64,000 nucleotides of DNA from an uncultured Acidimicrobiia bacterium (GCA_963786955.1 CAWBAT010000008.1:416001-480000), one strand, 5' to 3'; shown: positions 10,506 to 22,313, numbered from the stretch's first letter. The notes: generated by a model from the sequence alone, not told the origin. Numbers and translations are program-made.

Positions 10506-13286
10506 ATGTCCGAAAAACCTAGCAAGGACGGTTTTCCGAGATCTTCTTCCAATCAGCCAAACACTGATCACCATTGTTCCGGCGCCGATTGTTCCTGCGA
10601 TATGGATCGCCGGGATTTTGTTAAAGTAGCCGGAATCAGTGCGGCCAGCCTATTCCAACTGACTTCTTCCTCCAATTTAGCGTCGGCCACGTTACGACCA
10701 TCTCCTCACCAAACCATTCCCTCCAGACTTCTGCTAGATGCTTCATGGCCTGTTCTGCGTTATTACACAGGGGGCTATCTGGCTCGAATCGCGATGCCGC
10801 TGGGGGGAATTGGCACTGGGACAGTTTCACTGGGCGGTCGCGGTGACTTCCGTGATTGGGAAATCATGAATCGCCCCGCCAAAGGCTTCGTCCCTTCAGG
10901 TGGTGGGACCAGCCCCTTTTTTGCGCTGTATGCCAAATTCTCTGGTAAAGAGGCCATCTGCCGCATCCTCGAGGGTCCGCTGGAGCCTTTCGAATTCGAA
11001 GGAGGGTTCGGTTCTCCAGTCCCCAACCAAAATTTTCCTCGCTTTCGAGAATCTGCCTTTGCCACGGCCTACCCCTTTGGCCGTGTCATTCTGACAGACG
11101 CCGATTTACCTCTGGAAGTTCATATCAAGGCCTTTAATCCACTGATTCCGACCGATCCGGAGGAGAGCGGTCTGCCAATGGCAGCTCTCTGTTTTGAACT
11201 GCACAATAAAGGCCAAGAGAATTTGGAAGCCACGATTTGCGGTACCCTCCCTAATTTCATTGGCATGGACGGCTGGGATACCCGCCGGGACTGGAAAGGA
11301 GACCCAGTCATCCAGGGTGCTGCTCGAAACCGCAATGAATTCCGGCGCGGTTCGCAGGTTCAGGGAATTTTCTTTCAATCGGAGGGGGTTGACCATTCCT
11401 CTCCCGCCTGGGGAAGCATGGCACTGGTGACTGCACTGGAAAGTCGAGTCAGCTATCGCACTTCCTGGGCACGGGAGGAATGGGGGTTCCCTTTGCTCGA
11501 TTTTTGGGATGATTTCAGCCAGGACGGTCGGCTGGAAGAACGCGAGAAAGGAGAGAAGACCCAGGCGCCCGCGGGCTCGTTGGCCGTGGAGGTGGCAGTC
11601 CCGCCGCAGGCTTCCAAACAGGTTTGGTTTCTGCTCACCTGGCATTTCCCCAACCGATACAGCTGGACCCCGAAGCACTCAACTTCCCACGAAGAGGATT
11701 GGATTGGGAATTATTACTGCTCGAAATCCCGCAATGCTTGGGAATGCGCAGAAAACAACCTGCCGCGGCTGGGAACGCTTCACGCCAAAACAGCAGACTT
11801 CGTTCGGACTTTCTGCGTGAGCGACCTGCCTGAAGTGGTTAAGGAGGCGGCGCTTTTCAACGTGAGTACGCTGCGGACACAAACCTGTTTTCGGACTCCG
11901 GATGGACGATTCTTTGGCTGGGAAGGGTGCAGCACTCACGCCGGTTGTTGTCACGGTTCCTGTACGCACGTCTGGAACTATGAACAGGCCACACCCTTCC
12001 TCTTTGGAAGTCTGGCAGACACTATGCGCGAGGTGGAATTTGCCCAGGCTACCGATTCAGACGGGTTGATGAGTTTTCGCGTGCATCTGCCGCTGAGCCG
12101 TGCCCACGATTTTGGCAAAGCAGCGGCAGACGGGCAAATGGGCTGCATCATGAAAATGTGCCGGGATTGGCAGCTTTCCGGAAATGACGTTTTGCTCAAA
12201 CAACTCTGGCCTCAAGTTCGCAAAGCCATGGAATTCTGTTGGATCCCTGGTGGCTGGGATGCGAACCGGGATGGAGTCATGGAAGGGTGCCAGCACAATA
12301 CGATGGATGTGGAGTATTATGGTCCCAATCCCCAAATGGGAATCTGGTACCTGGGAGCACTGCGCGCCGCGGAAGAGATGGCCCGTCACTTGAAGGAGGA
12401 ATCGTTTGCCGAGACCTGTCGCGAGCTTTATGAAAAAGGGCGGAACTGGCTCGACCGGGAACTGTTTAATGGAGAATACTACGAACATAAAGTCATGGCC
12501 CCCCGGAGTGTGGAAGAAATTGCTCCCAGTTTGCTCGTCGGCATGGGGGCCGCGGATGTTTCCCATCCCGATTACCAACTGGCACAAGGCTGCCTCGTAG
12601 ACCAGTTAGTAGGTCAACTCCTGGCACATGTCTGCAACTTGGGATACCTGGTGGACCCCGCCCACGTCCGAAAGACCCTGGAGAGCATTCTCAAATACAA
12701 CCGCAAAGCGGATCTCCATGAGCATTTCAATTCCATGAGGGGCTTCGCGCTCGATTCAGAAGAGGCCCTTTTGATGGCTAGCTATCCCAAAGGACGCCCT
12801 CGCAATCCTTTCCCTTATTTCACGGAAGTGATGACTGGATTTGAATACACGGCAGCGGTGGGGATGATTTACGAGGGGATGGTGGAGGAGGGTCTGAACT
12901 GCATCCAGGCCCTTCGTGACCGCTATGACGGCCTCAAACGCAATCCCTTTGACGAGGCGGAATGCGGTCATCATTATGCCAGAGCTATGGCGAGTTGGGC
13001 CGCAGTGCTGGCCTTAACTGGGTTTCACTATTCTGCGGTCAGCGGGACCATGACTCTTAGCCCGCGGCCGGGCAGACACTTCTGGTCGACTGGTTTCGCC
13101 TGGGGCAGTTGCCGCCTATCTCTGTCCGGCAACGAATGTCGATTGAATCTGAAAGTTCACCAGGGAACAGTTGCTCTGTCCCGATTGAACCTGACCTCGT
13201 TTGGAAAACACGAGCTAGCTGCCTCACGCCGCCTCCAGGCCGGTGAAGAATTCACTCAAGTCATCCAGAAAGGATCGAGGGCGTGA
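10506..13286 (+). CDS. GH116 non-lysosomal glucosylceramidase-family glycoside hydrolase, Tat-exported
   Basis: MPLGGIGTG, GSCTHVWNY, AADGQMG and ECGHHYARAMASW motifs; Tat signal DRRDFVK; start moved to ATG 10506 behind a GAGAGG RBS. Confidence 0.88.
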   Translation: MSEKPSKDGFPRSSSNQPNTDHHCSGADCSCDMDRRDFVKVAGISAASLFQLTSSSNLASATLRPSPHQTIPSRLLLDASWPVLRYYTGGYLARIAMPLGGIGTGTVSLGGRGDFRDWEIMNRPAKGFVPSGGGTSPFFALYAKFSGKEAICRILEGPLEPFEFEGGFGSPVPNQNFPRFRESAFATAYPFGRVILTDADLPLEVHIKAFNPLIPTDPEESGLPMAALCFELHNKGQENLEATICGTLPNFIGMDGWDTRRDWKGDPVIQGAARNRNEFRRGSQVQGIFFQSEGVDHSSPAWGSMALVTALESRVSYRTSWAREEWGFPLLDFWDDFSQDGRLEEREKGEKTQAPAGSLAVEVAVPPQASKQVWFLLTWHFPNRYSWTPKHSTSHEEDWIGNYYCSKSRNAWECAENNLPRLGTLHAKTADFVRTFCVSDLPEVVKEAALFNVSTLRTQTCFRTPDGRFFGWEGCSTHAGCCHGSCTHVWNYEQATPFLFGSLADTMREVEFAQATDSDGLMSFRVHLPLSRAHDFGKAAADGQMGCIMKMCRDWQLSGNDVLLKQLWPQVRKAMEFCWIPGGWDANRDGVMEGCQHNTMDVEYYGPNPQMGIWYLGALRAAEEMARHLKEESFAETCRELYEKGRNWLDRELFNGEYYEHKVMAPRSVEEIAPSLLVGMGAADVSHPDYQLAQGCLVDQLVGQLLAHVCNLGYLVDPAHVRKTLESILKYNRKADLHEHFNSMRGFALDSEEALLMASYPKGRPRNPFPYFTEVMTGFEYTAAVGMIYEGMVEEGLNCIQALRDRYDGLKRNPFDEAECGHHYARAMASWAAVLALTGFHYSAVSGTMTLSPRPGRHFWSTGFAWGSCRLSLSGNECRLNLKVHQGTVALSRLNLTSFGKHELAASRRLQAGEEFTQVIQKGSRA

Positions 13287-13479
13287 AGGCATGGAATTAG
13301 GCAGCCAATACGAGCCCAGGACCTCAGATAGAGGCCCGGGCTCTCGGCGTGCTTAAGGCAATAAGCTGGTAACAGTACACGACGGAAGCACCTACCCAAC
13401 TCCCGACTATAGAAACGAATACCTTCAAACGGTTAACCGTGTCGCCGTGATGTGGGGATAGGAAAAGAATTTCATTTGG

Positions 13480-14910
13480 ATGCGCCTAATAGACGGACTG
13501 AAGAATCTCGAAAGTGAATTCAAGCCGATGCTCCGCTTATCAGTTCCGGTAGTATTGGCCGAGTTGGGCTGGGTGACGATGGGGATTATCGACACCATGA
13601 TGGTAGGTCGTGTCGGGCCGGAAGCCATCGGAGGGGTCAGTCTGGGGAGTATTATGTTTTTCAGCGTTGCGATTTTTGGAATGGGATTATTGTTGGGACT
13701 CGACACTTTAGTCTCACAAGCATTTCGGGGCCGGCGATCTGGAAGCCTGTCACAGTAACCTTTTCCAGGGAGCTTATCTCAGTTTGTTTTCTGACGATTC
13801 CACTCTCGCTCTTGGTTCTTAGTTTTATCCCGTTCTTGAATTCATGGGGATTAAATCCCGGCGTCTTAAAGCAAACTTTCCCTTATTTGAAGGCCATCGT
13901 CTGGAGTTTGTTGCCGCTATTGCTCTACGCCACATTTCGACGTTATTTGCAAGCGATGAACCAGGTGAAGCCGATCATGTTTGCCCTGATCAGTGCGAAC
14001 CTGGTCAATGCCGTCGGGAACTGGATCCTCATCTTCGGTCACCTGGGGGCGCCCGCCATGGGGGCCGAAGGGGCTGGATGGGCGACCTGTTTTTCACGAA
14101 TCTATATGGCGTTGGCGCTACTCGCAGCTATCTGGGCTTATGATCGCCGTACCCGATCCGGCTTATGGACGGGCACAAAGAGTCTCGACGTGAGACAACA
14201 GTTAGACTGATCCAGCTGGGACTGCCTGCTTCGCTGCAAATTACTCATGGAAGTGGGTGTGTTTGGAGCGGCGACAGCACTGGCCGGGAAATTGACTCCC
14301 ATTGCCTTGGCATCCCATCACATTGCCTTGAATGCGGCCAGCTTTACCTTCATGGTCCCATTGGGTATTGCCTCTGCAGGAGCTGTCCGGGTCGGGCAAG
14401 CCATTGGGCGGGCTGATCCCAGCTGGGGCAAGCCGATCGGGATGGACTGCCTTGTGTCTTGGCACTGGCTTCATGGCTGTGTCCGGGTTGGCTTTTTTGA
14501 CAATTCCACATCAGATTCTCCGAATATTTACCACCAATTCGGTTGTTATTGATTCCGGGGTCACTTTGCTCTATGTTGCAGCCGTGTTTCAATTATTTGA
14601 CGGCCTTCAAGTCGTGGCTACGGGTATCCTGCGTGGAGCCGGGGACACACGAACGCCAATGATCTGTAACTTGATTGGTCATTGGTTTTTGGGTCTGCCC
14701 ACAGGATACATCCTGTGCTTCGTAGTAGATTGGGGGGTCCTTGGACTGTGGATGGGACTCTCGGTGGGATTGATTCTTGTAGGCGTATTTCTCTTGTTGG
14801 TGTGGTCAAGAAAAGTCATGCAATTGAACCGAGAACTCAGTCGGATCAAGAACGCACCAATGAATGAGAAGGAGTCTGCATTTTTCCCGGGGGCTATCCC
14901 AATTCCCTGA
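13480..14910 (+). CDS. MATE-family efflux transporter (NorM-like), frameshifted
   Basis: Consecutive fragments with IDTMMVGR, GLDTLVSQA, GAEGAGWAT, FMVPLG and FQLFDGLQVVATGILRG. Confidence 0.82.
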
Positions 14911-14925
14911 GAAGCTGCATCTCCA

Positions 14926-16015
14926 TTAGAGCTTCCCGATCTCCTGGACAATTCGGTCGCCCAAGTCTCGAGTAGAAAGATTTCCCCCTAAGTCGCGCGT
15001 CCGATTGGTGGGCTTTCTCAGAACGGACTCAACCGCGGATCGAATGAATGAGGCACCACGAATCGTCTTCGGATGATCCAGCCACTCTAACAGCATCGCA
15101 ACGGAAAGAATCATGGCCACGGGATTAGCAATGCCTTGACCCGCAATGTCTGGGGCGGAGCCGTGGCAAGGTTGAAAGACTCCAAAGTGGTCTCCCAAGT
15201 CTGCTGAAGGAGCCATCCCCATGCCGCCGATCAAGCCAGCGGCAAGATCGGAAAGGATGTCTCCGAACATATTCTCGGTGACCAGCACATCGAAGGTTTC
15301 AGGACGCTGCAGCAGATAAAGGCTGGCGGCATCCACGTAAATCTTTTCTGTTTCCACTCCCGGAAACTCGCCCGGATACTTCATCGAAGATCTGGCGGAA
15401 ATAAGCCATGGAGGGCAGGACATTTGCTTTGTCAACTAACGTGAGACGCCGATGCCGCCGGGCGGCGTGTTGAAAAGCAGCCCGAAACAGTCGCTCCGAT
15501 CGGAATCGCGTCACGCGCAGCGTGTCACACACTTCATCGGACCCCGGCGCCTGTTTTTTGTGGCGCTCAGAAAAAAGCCCCTCCGTGCTCTCCCGAACAA
15601 TCAGCAAGTCGATCTCTCCGCCCCGCAAGTTCTTTAGAGGGCTGTGGTCTTTGTGATAGAGATGAACGGGTCTTAAGCCGCAATACAAATCCAGTTGCTC
15701 GCGGATGTCAATTTGGGGGGTCATTTCTACTCCATCGGGCCAGCGAATCTCAGGCAGCCCCATAGCGCCCAATAAGATTGCATCATGCTGCTTCAGCGCC
15801 TCCAGTGTGCTTGCCGGTAAGGGATCCCCATGGCGAAGATATTCGCCAGCCCCAACCGAGTAATCCGTGTAAACGAAGTGGATGTCAGAAAGCTTGGATT
15901 CGACCGTGCGCAGAGCGGCCAGCCCTTCCTCCATGACTTCCAGCCCGATGCCGTCGCCGGGAAGCACTGCAATGCTGTAACTAACTGGGTCCATGGAGTT
16001 CAATCCCGCATTCAC
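14926..16015 (-). CDS. Isocitrate/isopropylmalate/tartrate dehydrogenase family, one frameshift near 15375
   Basis: [24 protein letters not shown] and HGSAPDIAG motifs split over two ORFs. Confidence 0.85.
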
Positions 16016-16063
16016 ACCAATAGAATCGCCATGCTTATACGAAGTTACTTAAGAGAAAACAAA

Positions 16064-17128
16064 TTAAGTCGAGTGCCAATTCTCCTCTCCCGACTTCTGT
16101 CCACTCCGCTCAAGGCCCACAGCCTGTCGGGTTGTCGCGGAGCGATAACAGGCTTCCACTGCCTCAACCGTTTTTAAATATTCTGTCCCTTCAGTTTCAC
16201 ACAGGTTGCCGGTCTTCAGGCAATCAAGATAATGCTCCTGGGCGGCTCTGACGCTGTCCCCTTTGTACCCGAGCTCGGAAGAAGGGAAGTGGTGAGCCGC
16301 TTCTTCCTGGCCAATTTCCGAAACAAAAAGACGCCCGCTAGAAGTGAGCCGGATCATGCCGCGATCTCCTTCAAGGCGGAAAGACCCCATCGCGATTTTG
16401 GAAGGTTCCCGGCCATTGATTCGATTGGCGTCAATCAATCCGTGGATCCCGTTAGCCATGATCAATTGGATCTGTGCATAATCCTCTCCTTGAATGACAG
16501 GGTTGATTCGTTGGGTCTGACAATGAAGGGATTGGATTTCTCCTGCCAGGTAACGAGCGGTGTCGAGCTGGTGAACGAGCATTTCGTAAATGAGTAAACG
16601 AGGCATCTCGCGGAAATAGGGCTGAGCCTTGTAAGGATCGGGCCCAAGTCCGTCACCGGAGCGCATGCGAAAGGCAAGCTGGTAGGGTTTACCCACTCCT
16701 CCTGTCTCCATCAGTCGCTTCACTTCCCGGTACCAGGGCTGCCAGCGCCAATTCTCATGCATTAAGAGCCTTACCCCCGCCTTGGCGCAGGTCTCAACCA
16801 TAGCTTCAGCGTCCTTCTGGCCGGCGGCCATCGGCTTCTGGCAGATGATATGAACACCTTGGCGAGCGGCCAGAGAAACGAGAGTCGGGTGGGAATCGGG
16901 TCGGGTGACAATATCCACAAAGTCGGGGTTTTCACTTTGGATCATTGTTTCGGCATCTGTGTAGGCCCTGCTAATTCCCCATTGATCGGCAAATTGCTGG
17001 GCGCGACCCGGAATGAGATCAGCAATGGCCGCGATTCGGGCACCACCCATGCGGCTCCAGGCCTCCGCATGAAAATGGGCGAAGAACCCGGCTCCAATCA
17101 TGACTCCCTTCATCTCTCCCCTCTGCAT
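16064..17128 (-). CDS. Gfo/Idh/MocA-family oxidoreductase
   Basis: IGAGFFA Rossmann motif, CQKP and HENWRW motifs. Confidence 0.88.
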   Translation of the reverse strand: MQRGEMKGVMIGAGFFAHFHAEAWSRMGGARIAAIADLIPGRAQQFADQWGISRAYTDAETMIQSENPDFVDIVTRPDSHPTLVSLAARQGVHIICQKPMAAGQKDAEAMVETCAKAGVRLLMHENWRWQPWYREVKRLMETGGVGKPYQLAFRMRSGDGLGPDPYKAQPYFREMPRLLIYEMLVHQLDTARYLAGEIQSLHCQTQRINPVIQGEDYAQIQLIMANGIHGLIDANRINGREPSKIAMGSFRLEGDRGMIRLTSSGRLFVSEIGQEEAAHHFPSSELGYKGDSVRAAQEHYLDCLKTGNLCETEGTEYLKTVEAVEACYRSATTRQAVGLERSGQKSGEENWHST

Positions 17129-17354
17129 GTTGTCAAAACTCCTAAGATCTTATTTCCGCAGGCGGATGCACCCAGAGTCAACGGCCTCGAGTCTGGAGTT
17201 TGACTCTTTGTCCTTTGGCCTTGATTCTTCAGCTACAAAGCTGTGGAATAATGATTCAAGAGTGAAAGAGAAGTCAAATTTAGGGTGCCCCGAGGATTTT
17301 TTTGTGAATTGTTGTTCAGCTACCAAACTCTCGCAATAAACACTTCCTAAACTT

Positions 17355-18413
17355 ATGAATGGAGAAATCGTGATGAAAAGGATGTTTGGAATCGGTGCTC
17401 TTCTGGCCCTTTGTGTTCTACTGATGACCTGTTCTCAGGCGCCTTCCCCTGGTCAAGGTCCTCACACATCCATTCCGGTGCCCGCAGGCGCTGGGACCAT
17501 AGTCGAAATAGATCCCGCGATGAGGGCGATTTTTCCGGCGGAAGTAAAGATCGAAAAATTGGCGGACGGATTTGCCTTTATCGAAGGACCGATTTGGATT
17601 CACGAAGAAGGTGGGGTCCTTCTCTTCAGCGATATTCCCAGAAATCAAATCATGAAATGGACCCCCAGCGGGAACGTCACTGAATTTCGCAAGCCGAGCG
17701 GATATACGGGTCCTCCCGAGCGTGCCAGTGCCTACAGTGGGTCCAATGGACTGACCCTCGATAAGCAGGGGAGATTAATCATTTGCGAACACGGCGACCG
17801 GCGCGTAACGCGCTTGGAAAAGGACGGGAAGGTTACCGTGCTCGCGAGTCAATACGAAGGGAAAAAGCTCAATAGTCCGAACGATGCCGTTTACCGGTCC
17901 GACGGCAGTCTCTACTTCACGGATCCTCCCTATGGACTGGCCAGTGAGAAAGACCAAGAGCTGGATTTTTCCGGGATCTACCGGATAAAACCCGATGGGC
18001 AGTTGGAGCTCCTAAGTAAGAAACTCAGCCGGCCCAACGGACTGGCATTTTCGCCCGATGAAAAAACTCTTTATGTTTCCAACTCAGACCCTCAGCAAAG
18101 ACTGTGGATGGCCTATGATGTGGCAGAAGAAGGGACTCTCTCCAACGGCCGGGTTCTTCTTGATGTCACAGCTGAGAAAGACGAAGGGCTTCCAGACGGG
18201 CTCAAGGTTGATACGCAGGGGATTATTTATGCCACTGGCCCCGGAGGTATCTGGATCATCAGTCCCCAAGGAAAGCACCTGGGAACGATTAAACCGAATG
18301 AGAACCCGGCCAATTGTCATTGGGGGGACACAGACGGCAAGACCCTTTACATGACGGCGAAGACGGGTTTGTACCGGATTCGCTTAATCAATCCAGGCAT
18401 CCGACCGCAATAA
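17355..18413 (+). CDS. SMP-30/gluconolactonase family, probable lipoprotein
   Basis: EGPIW, SNGL, NSPND, FTDPPYG, PNGLAFSPD and PDGLKVD motifs. Confidence 0.9.
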   Translation: MNGEIVMKRMFGIGALLALCVLLMTCSQAPSPGQGPHTSIPVPAGAGTIVEIDPAMRAIFPAEVKIEKLADGFAFIEGPIWIHEEGGVLLFSDIPRNQIMKWTPSGNVTEFRKPSGYTGPPERASAYSGSNGLTLDKQGRLIICEHGDRRVTRLEKDGKVTVLASQYEGKKLNSPNDAVYRSDGSLYFTDPPYGLASEKDQELDFSGIYRIKPDGQLELLSKKLSRPNGLAFSPDEKTLYVSNSDPQQRLWMAYDVAEEGTLSNGRVLLDVTAEKDEGLPDGLKVDTQGIIYATGPGGIWIISPQGKHLGTIKPNENPANCHWGDTDGKTLYMTAKTGLYRIRLINPGIRPQ

Positions 18414-18599
18414 GTTGGGTCGGGTGGTTCTGGATGGCACCCTAGAAACTATCAGGGGTCGCGAGTTCGGAATCCGAAGCCCTGCCGGCCACTATCGGAG
18501 TTCTCAATCGGCACTCGGCAATTGGAATTCGTGACTCTTCTTGCGCGTCTTTAGATCCTCCTGCGATAATCTGAATAATTTTGGAATGATAGGATTCGT

Positions 18600-20021
18600 A
18601 TGGACAGCGTGATCGTTGCATCAAGTCTTGCTTTGGGGATTTTCCTGGGAGCCGTGGTGGGCTGGCTTTTGACTAAAGCCACTATGGGGCAGCAGTCTGC
18701 CGAAGAGCTGGCCGAAGCCAAAGTGCAAGGCGCCGCCCTGTTGGAACGAATTACGAGCCGGGATCAGGAAATTGCCCAACTCTCGCAAAGGCTCAATGAG
18801 TTTGAGGAAGCGTGTGAGAAGCTAAGGGCAGACTTGGTGCAAGAATCAAACGCCCGAGCCACCGCCGAAGAAAGAGCTCGATCCATCCCGGAGTTGAAAG
18901 ATGCTGAAGAGCAGCTGCGGAATATGTTCCAAGCGCTTTCCGCCCAGGCTCTAAATGAGAACAACCAGACCTTTCTGACACTGGCGAAATCAACTCTGGA
19001 ACGATATCAGTCTGAAGCGCAAGGCGACCTGGACCAGCGGCAGAAAGCCGTAGAAACTTTGGTTTCGCCCATCAGAGAAACCTTGGAAAAATATGATCAG
19101 CAGATTCAAGCCATTGAAAAATCCCGCAGCGAAGCCTACGGCAGTTTATCCCAACAAGTACAGTCGCTGTTGACGTCACAACATAAATTGGAAGCGGAGA
19201 CGGGCAACCTCGTCAAAGCCTTGCGCATGCCGCAGGTTCGAGGGCGTTGGGGAGAACTGACGCTGCGGCGAGTCGTCGAGTTGGCATTAATGATTCCTTA
19301 TTGCGACTTTGACGAGCAGCAAAGCCTCTCGACCGAGAACGGAAAGCTGCGACCGGATATGACGGTGCATTTACCCGGAGGGAAGAACATTGTGGTGGAT
19401 GCGAAGGCCCCTATCCAGGCCTACCTGGATGCTTTGGATGCTCCCGATGAAGAATCGCGCCGCCTCTGTCTGCAGGCCCATGCCAGGCAAATTCGCGCCC
19501 GCTTGCAGGACCTGAGCAGCAAAGCTTACTGGGATCGGTTGGACTCAAGCCCTGAGTTCGTGATTATGTTTATCCCGGGTGAATCCTTTTATGGAGCGGC
19601 GTTGGAACAGGATCCGCAGCTTATCGAAGATGGAGTGGCCCAACGCGTCATCTTGGCAACTCCTCTGACCTTAATTGCTCTCTTGCGGGCCGTGGCCTTC
19701 GGTTGGCGCCAAGAGAGGATTGCTGAAAATGCACGCCAGATTAGCGACCTCGGCAAAGAACTTTATGAGCGCGTGGCCATTTTAACCGAACATTTGCGGG
19801 GCCTCGGAAGAAACCTGGGCAGCAGCGTTGACGCATACAACAAATTCATCGGCTCACTGGAGAGCCGGGTTCTGGTTTCAGCCAGGAAGTTCAAGGAGCT
19901 TGGAGCAACCGCACAGGAGGACATTCTTGAATTAGCCCCCATTGAGCCATCCATCCGCGACGTGCAAGCTCAAGAATTGTTGCTCGTCGATGGGGAGAAG
20001 ACGAGAGGAGGCGAAAACTAA
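18600..20021 (+). CDS. rmuC: DNA recombination protein RmuC
   Basis: N-terminal TM helix, coiled coil, RGRWGE, RPD, VDAK and FVIMFIPGE motifs. Confidence 0.9.
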   Translation: MDSVIVASSLALGIFLGAVVGWLLTKATMGQQSAEELAEAKVQGAALLERITSRDQEIAQLSQRLNEFEEACEKLRADLVQESNARATAEERARSIPELKDAEEQLRNMFQALSAQALNENNQTFLTLAKSTLERYQSEAQGDLDQRQKAVETLVSPIRETLEKYDQQIQAIEKSRSEAYGSLSQQVQSLLTSQHKLEAETGNLVKALRMPQVRGRWGELTLRRVVELALMIPYCDFDEQQSLSTENGKLRPDMTVHLPGGKNIVVDAKAPIQAYLDALDAPDEESRRLCLQAHARQIRARLQDLSSKAYWDRLDSSPEFVIMFIPGESFYGAALEQDPQLIEDGVAQRVILATPLTLIALLRAVAFGWRQERIAENARQISDLGKELYERVAILTEHLRGLGRNLGSSVDAYNKFIGSLESRVLVSARKFKELGATAQEDILELAPIEPSIRDVQAQELLLVDGEKTRGGEN

Positions 20022-20461
20022 CGATTACGGATTGCAGAACATAGTGGCTCGCCCCTGCCCCCTGATCCCTCTTCAATGCTCCAGTTTTGAATATATCTAT
20101 TCTCTTATATTCCCATATTCATTTCTTTGCGCCGGCTGCGGTGACAAAAAAAGCACGTCATTTGTTGTCACTTGTCGTTTTTTGTCGTTGGTCCTCCAAC
20201 AACATCTCCCCCCCACCAGTTTCATATCTGAAATTCGCCTTGTGAATCTCCTTGAAAACATTCATCGAGTAATTTCCAGAGATCAGAGGGTCTCCGGAAA
20301 ATTTTCATAAGGTGTCTAGGTAGCCAAATTGCAAGCTCCAGGCTGGAACGCACATATCTTGTACGCATTCTCCGTGTTTCAGCACCTGGCAGAGTTTAAA
20401 CATCTAAGAAAAGCACTTTTGTATTTTTGTTCTGCTCAAAATCTACTGAGGTGAAACTCCT

Positions 20462-22258
20462 ATGCCTTTCAACTTATCTGTGAACACAAGTCGGGGATTG
20501 ATCGCTGTTTTTATTCTCATGGCGGCACTATTCGCTCCTCTACAAGCTCTTGAAGCTCAATCGGGGTTTTCGGTTCCTGCTGCAGTTTGGGGTGTTTCGC
20601 CAGCCTTTGAAAGGTCGTCGTTTCAAGTTGCAAACACCGGGTCTAACGTCTATGTGGTTTGGTCAGAGAAGGCCGCTATCAACCCAACTCCGGGCCCCGG
20701 GATTTATTTCGCTCGATCAATAGACGGAGGGCGGAACTTTCAACCGCCCGTGAACTTGACCAGTTCTGAAGATACTCCGCAGATTGCCGCAAGTGGTAAC
20801 GATGTTTATGTGATGTACTCAGGGGTCAGTGGAGATATCCTTTTAATCTCGACGGATGGGGGACAGAATTTTGGGAGTCCGCAAAATCTCACGATTGCCA
20901 GCGGGATTCAAACTCTTGGATCGGGTTCGATTGCAGTTTCTGGTTCGAATATGTTTATCAGTTGGCAGAAAACGGATTCGACTTTGACGGGTGGATTTGC
21001 CGACACGTTTGTGTCGCACTCCTTTGACAAAGGATCGACTTTTTCGACTCCGATCAATGTTTCAACCTCGCCGGCGACAGGCTCTAGTCGCTCTCGTATC
21101 GCAGCAAGTGGATCTAATGTCTATGTTGCCTGGGTTGAAGGAACATCAACCGGGAGCGACATCCACTTCACGCGCTCCACCGACAGCGGCGTCAGTTTCG
21201 AGACAATGAAGAACCTGTCCAATAACGACGGCACATCGGCTAATGTGGCGCTGGATGCAGATGGAACAAATGTTTGGGTTGCATGGAATGACCGATTGTC
21301 CCCGGCCGCAGATGAAATTTTATTTACGCGTTCTACCGATAGCGGCACAAACTTCGGGGGGGTTCGGGATCTCTCAAATAATACATCCCCCTCGAGCGCT
21401 CCGGCCGTGAAAGGAAAGGGCACCCGGTTCTACTTGGCTTGGGGTGATGGAGCTTCGGACTATCCAACGAACACCGCCGAAGAAGTCTATCTACTGAGCT
21501 CAAATAACTCGGGAACTGATTTTGATACCGCCCAAAATATTTCTCTAAGCACGAGTGTTCGGTCTCGGACTCCAAAACTGGGCCTCAGCGATACAGCGGT
21601 CTCCGTTTTCTGGCTGGAAGGCTCTTTCCGCGATGTTTACTATTCCTACTTGGAGGTAGCGGCGCCCATTCCTCCACCGACGCTCTTGAGTATTGCTCCT
21701 GGGTCTGCCCAACAGGACCAGACGATTGATATGATCCTCACAGGGAGTGACTTCAAGGAGGGTGCCACGCTTCAGTTCGGCGGCGATGGAATCACGGTGA
21801 ATGCTGTCGACTTTCACGCAGCGAACGAGCTCGCCGCGAACGTTTCTGTAGCCCTGAGCGCCAAAACGGGCCCTCGCGATGTGTCGGTGATTAACCCTGA
21901 TAAGAAGTCTTCAACCTTGCCCGGCGGATTCTTGGTTGTCTCGGCTTCTGCGCTAAACTTGATTGAGATCGCTCGAGTGGATACGGAATACGGGGCCAAG
22001 AGAGGCGGGCTCCTTGGAGGGAACAGCAGTTATAATAGCTTGCTCGTTCATTTAAGAAATGCTGAAACGGCCCTCCTGCGCCAGCCCCCCGATACTTTGC
22101 AGGCCATCGATCAGATGGAAGCTTTTTACATCAAGATAAGAAACATGCGGAAGGCCAAGAAACCAGAGATTATGGATTCTTTATATATGACTCTCTACAA
22201 TGACTATCTGCTCATTATGAATAGTCTTGGAGGAAACCCCAAGCCGGCTGCGTTCTGA
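20462..22258 (+). CDS. Secreted BNR/Asp-box repeat (sialidase-like propeller) protein with an IPT/Ig-like domain
   Basis: Signal peptide; repeated S-x-D-x-G-x-x-F boxes; PTLLSIAPGS...LTGSDF Ig-like segment; helical C-terminus. Confidence 0.65.
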   Translation: MPFNLSVNTSRGLIAVFILMAALFAPLQALEAQSGFSVPAAVWGVSPAFERSSFQVANTGSNVYVVWSEKAAINPTPGPGIYFARSIDGGRNFQPPVNLTSSEDTPQIAASGNDVYVMYSGVSGDILLISTDGGQNFGSPQNLTIASGIQTLGSGSIAVSGSNMFISWQKTDSTLTGGFADTFVSHSFDKGSTFSTPINVSTSPATGSSRSRIAASGSNVYVAWVEGTSTGSDIHFTRSTDSGVSFETMKNLSNNDGTSANVALDADGTNVWVAWNDRLSPAADEILFTRSTDSGTNFGGVRDLSNNTSPSSAPAVKGKGTRFYLAWGDGASDYPTNTAEEVYLLSSNNSGTDFDTAQNISLSTSVRSRTPKLGLSDTAVSVFWLEGSFRDVYYSYLEVAAPIPPPTLLSIAPGSAQQDQTIDMILTGSDFKEGATLQFGGDGITVNAVDFHAANELAANVSVALSAKTGPRDVSVINPDKKSSTLPGGFLVVSASALNLIEIARVDTEYGAKRGGLLGGNSSYNSLLVHLRNAETALLRQPPDTLQAIDQMEAFYIKIRNMRKAKKPEIMDSLYMTLYNDYLLIMNSLGGNPKPAAF

Positions 22259-22313
22259 ACCATCGTCGATTTTGACCTCCACAGTAACTGAGAGGAAGGT
22301 TAGTGTTAGAGAA

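Noticed and set aside
13312-13343. Hairpin after GH116 as an intrinsic terminator
   Set aside because: Imperfect stem and no U-tract.
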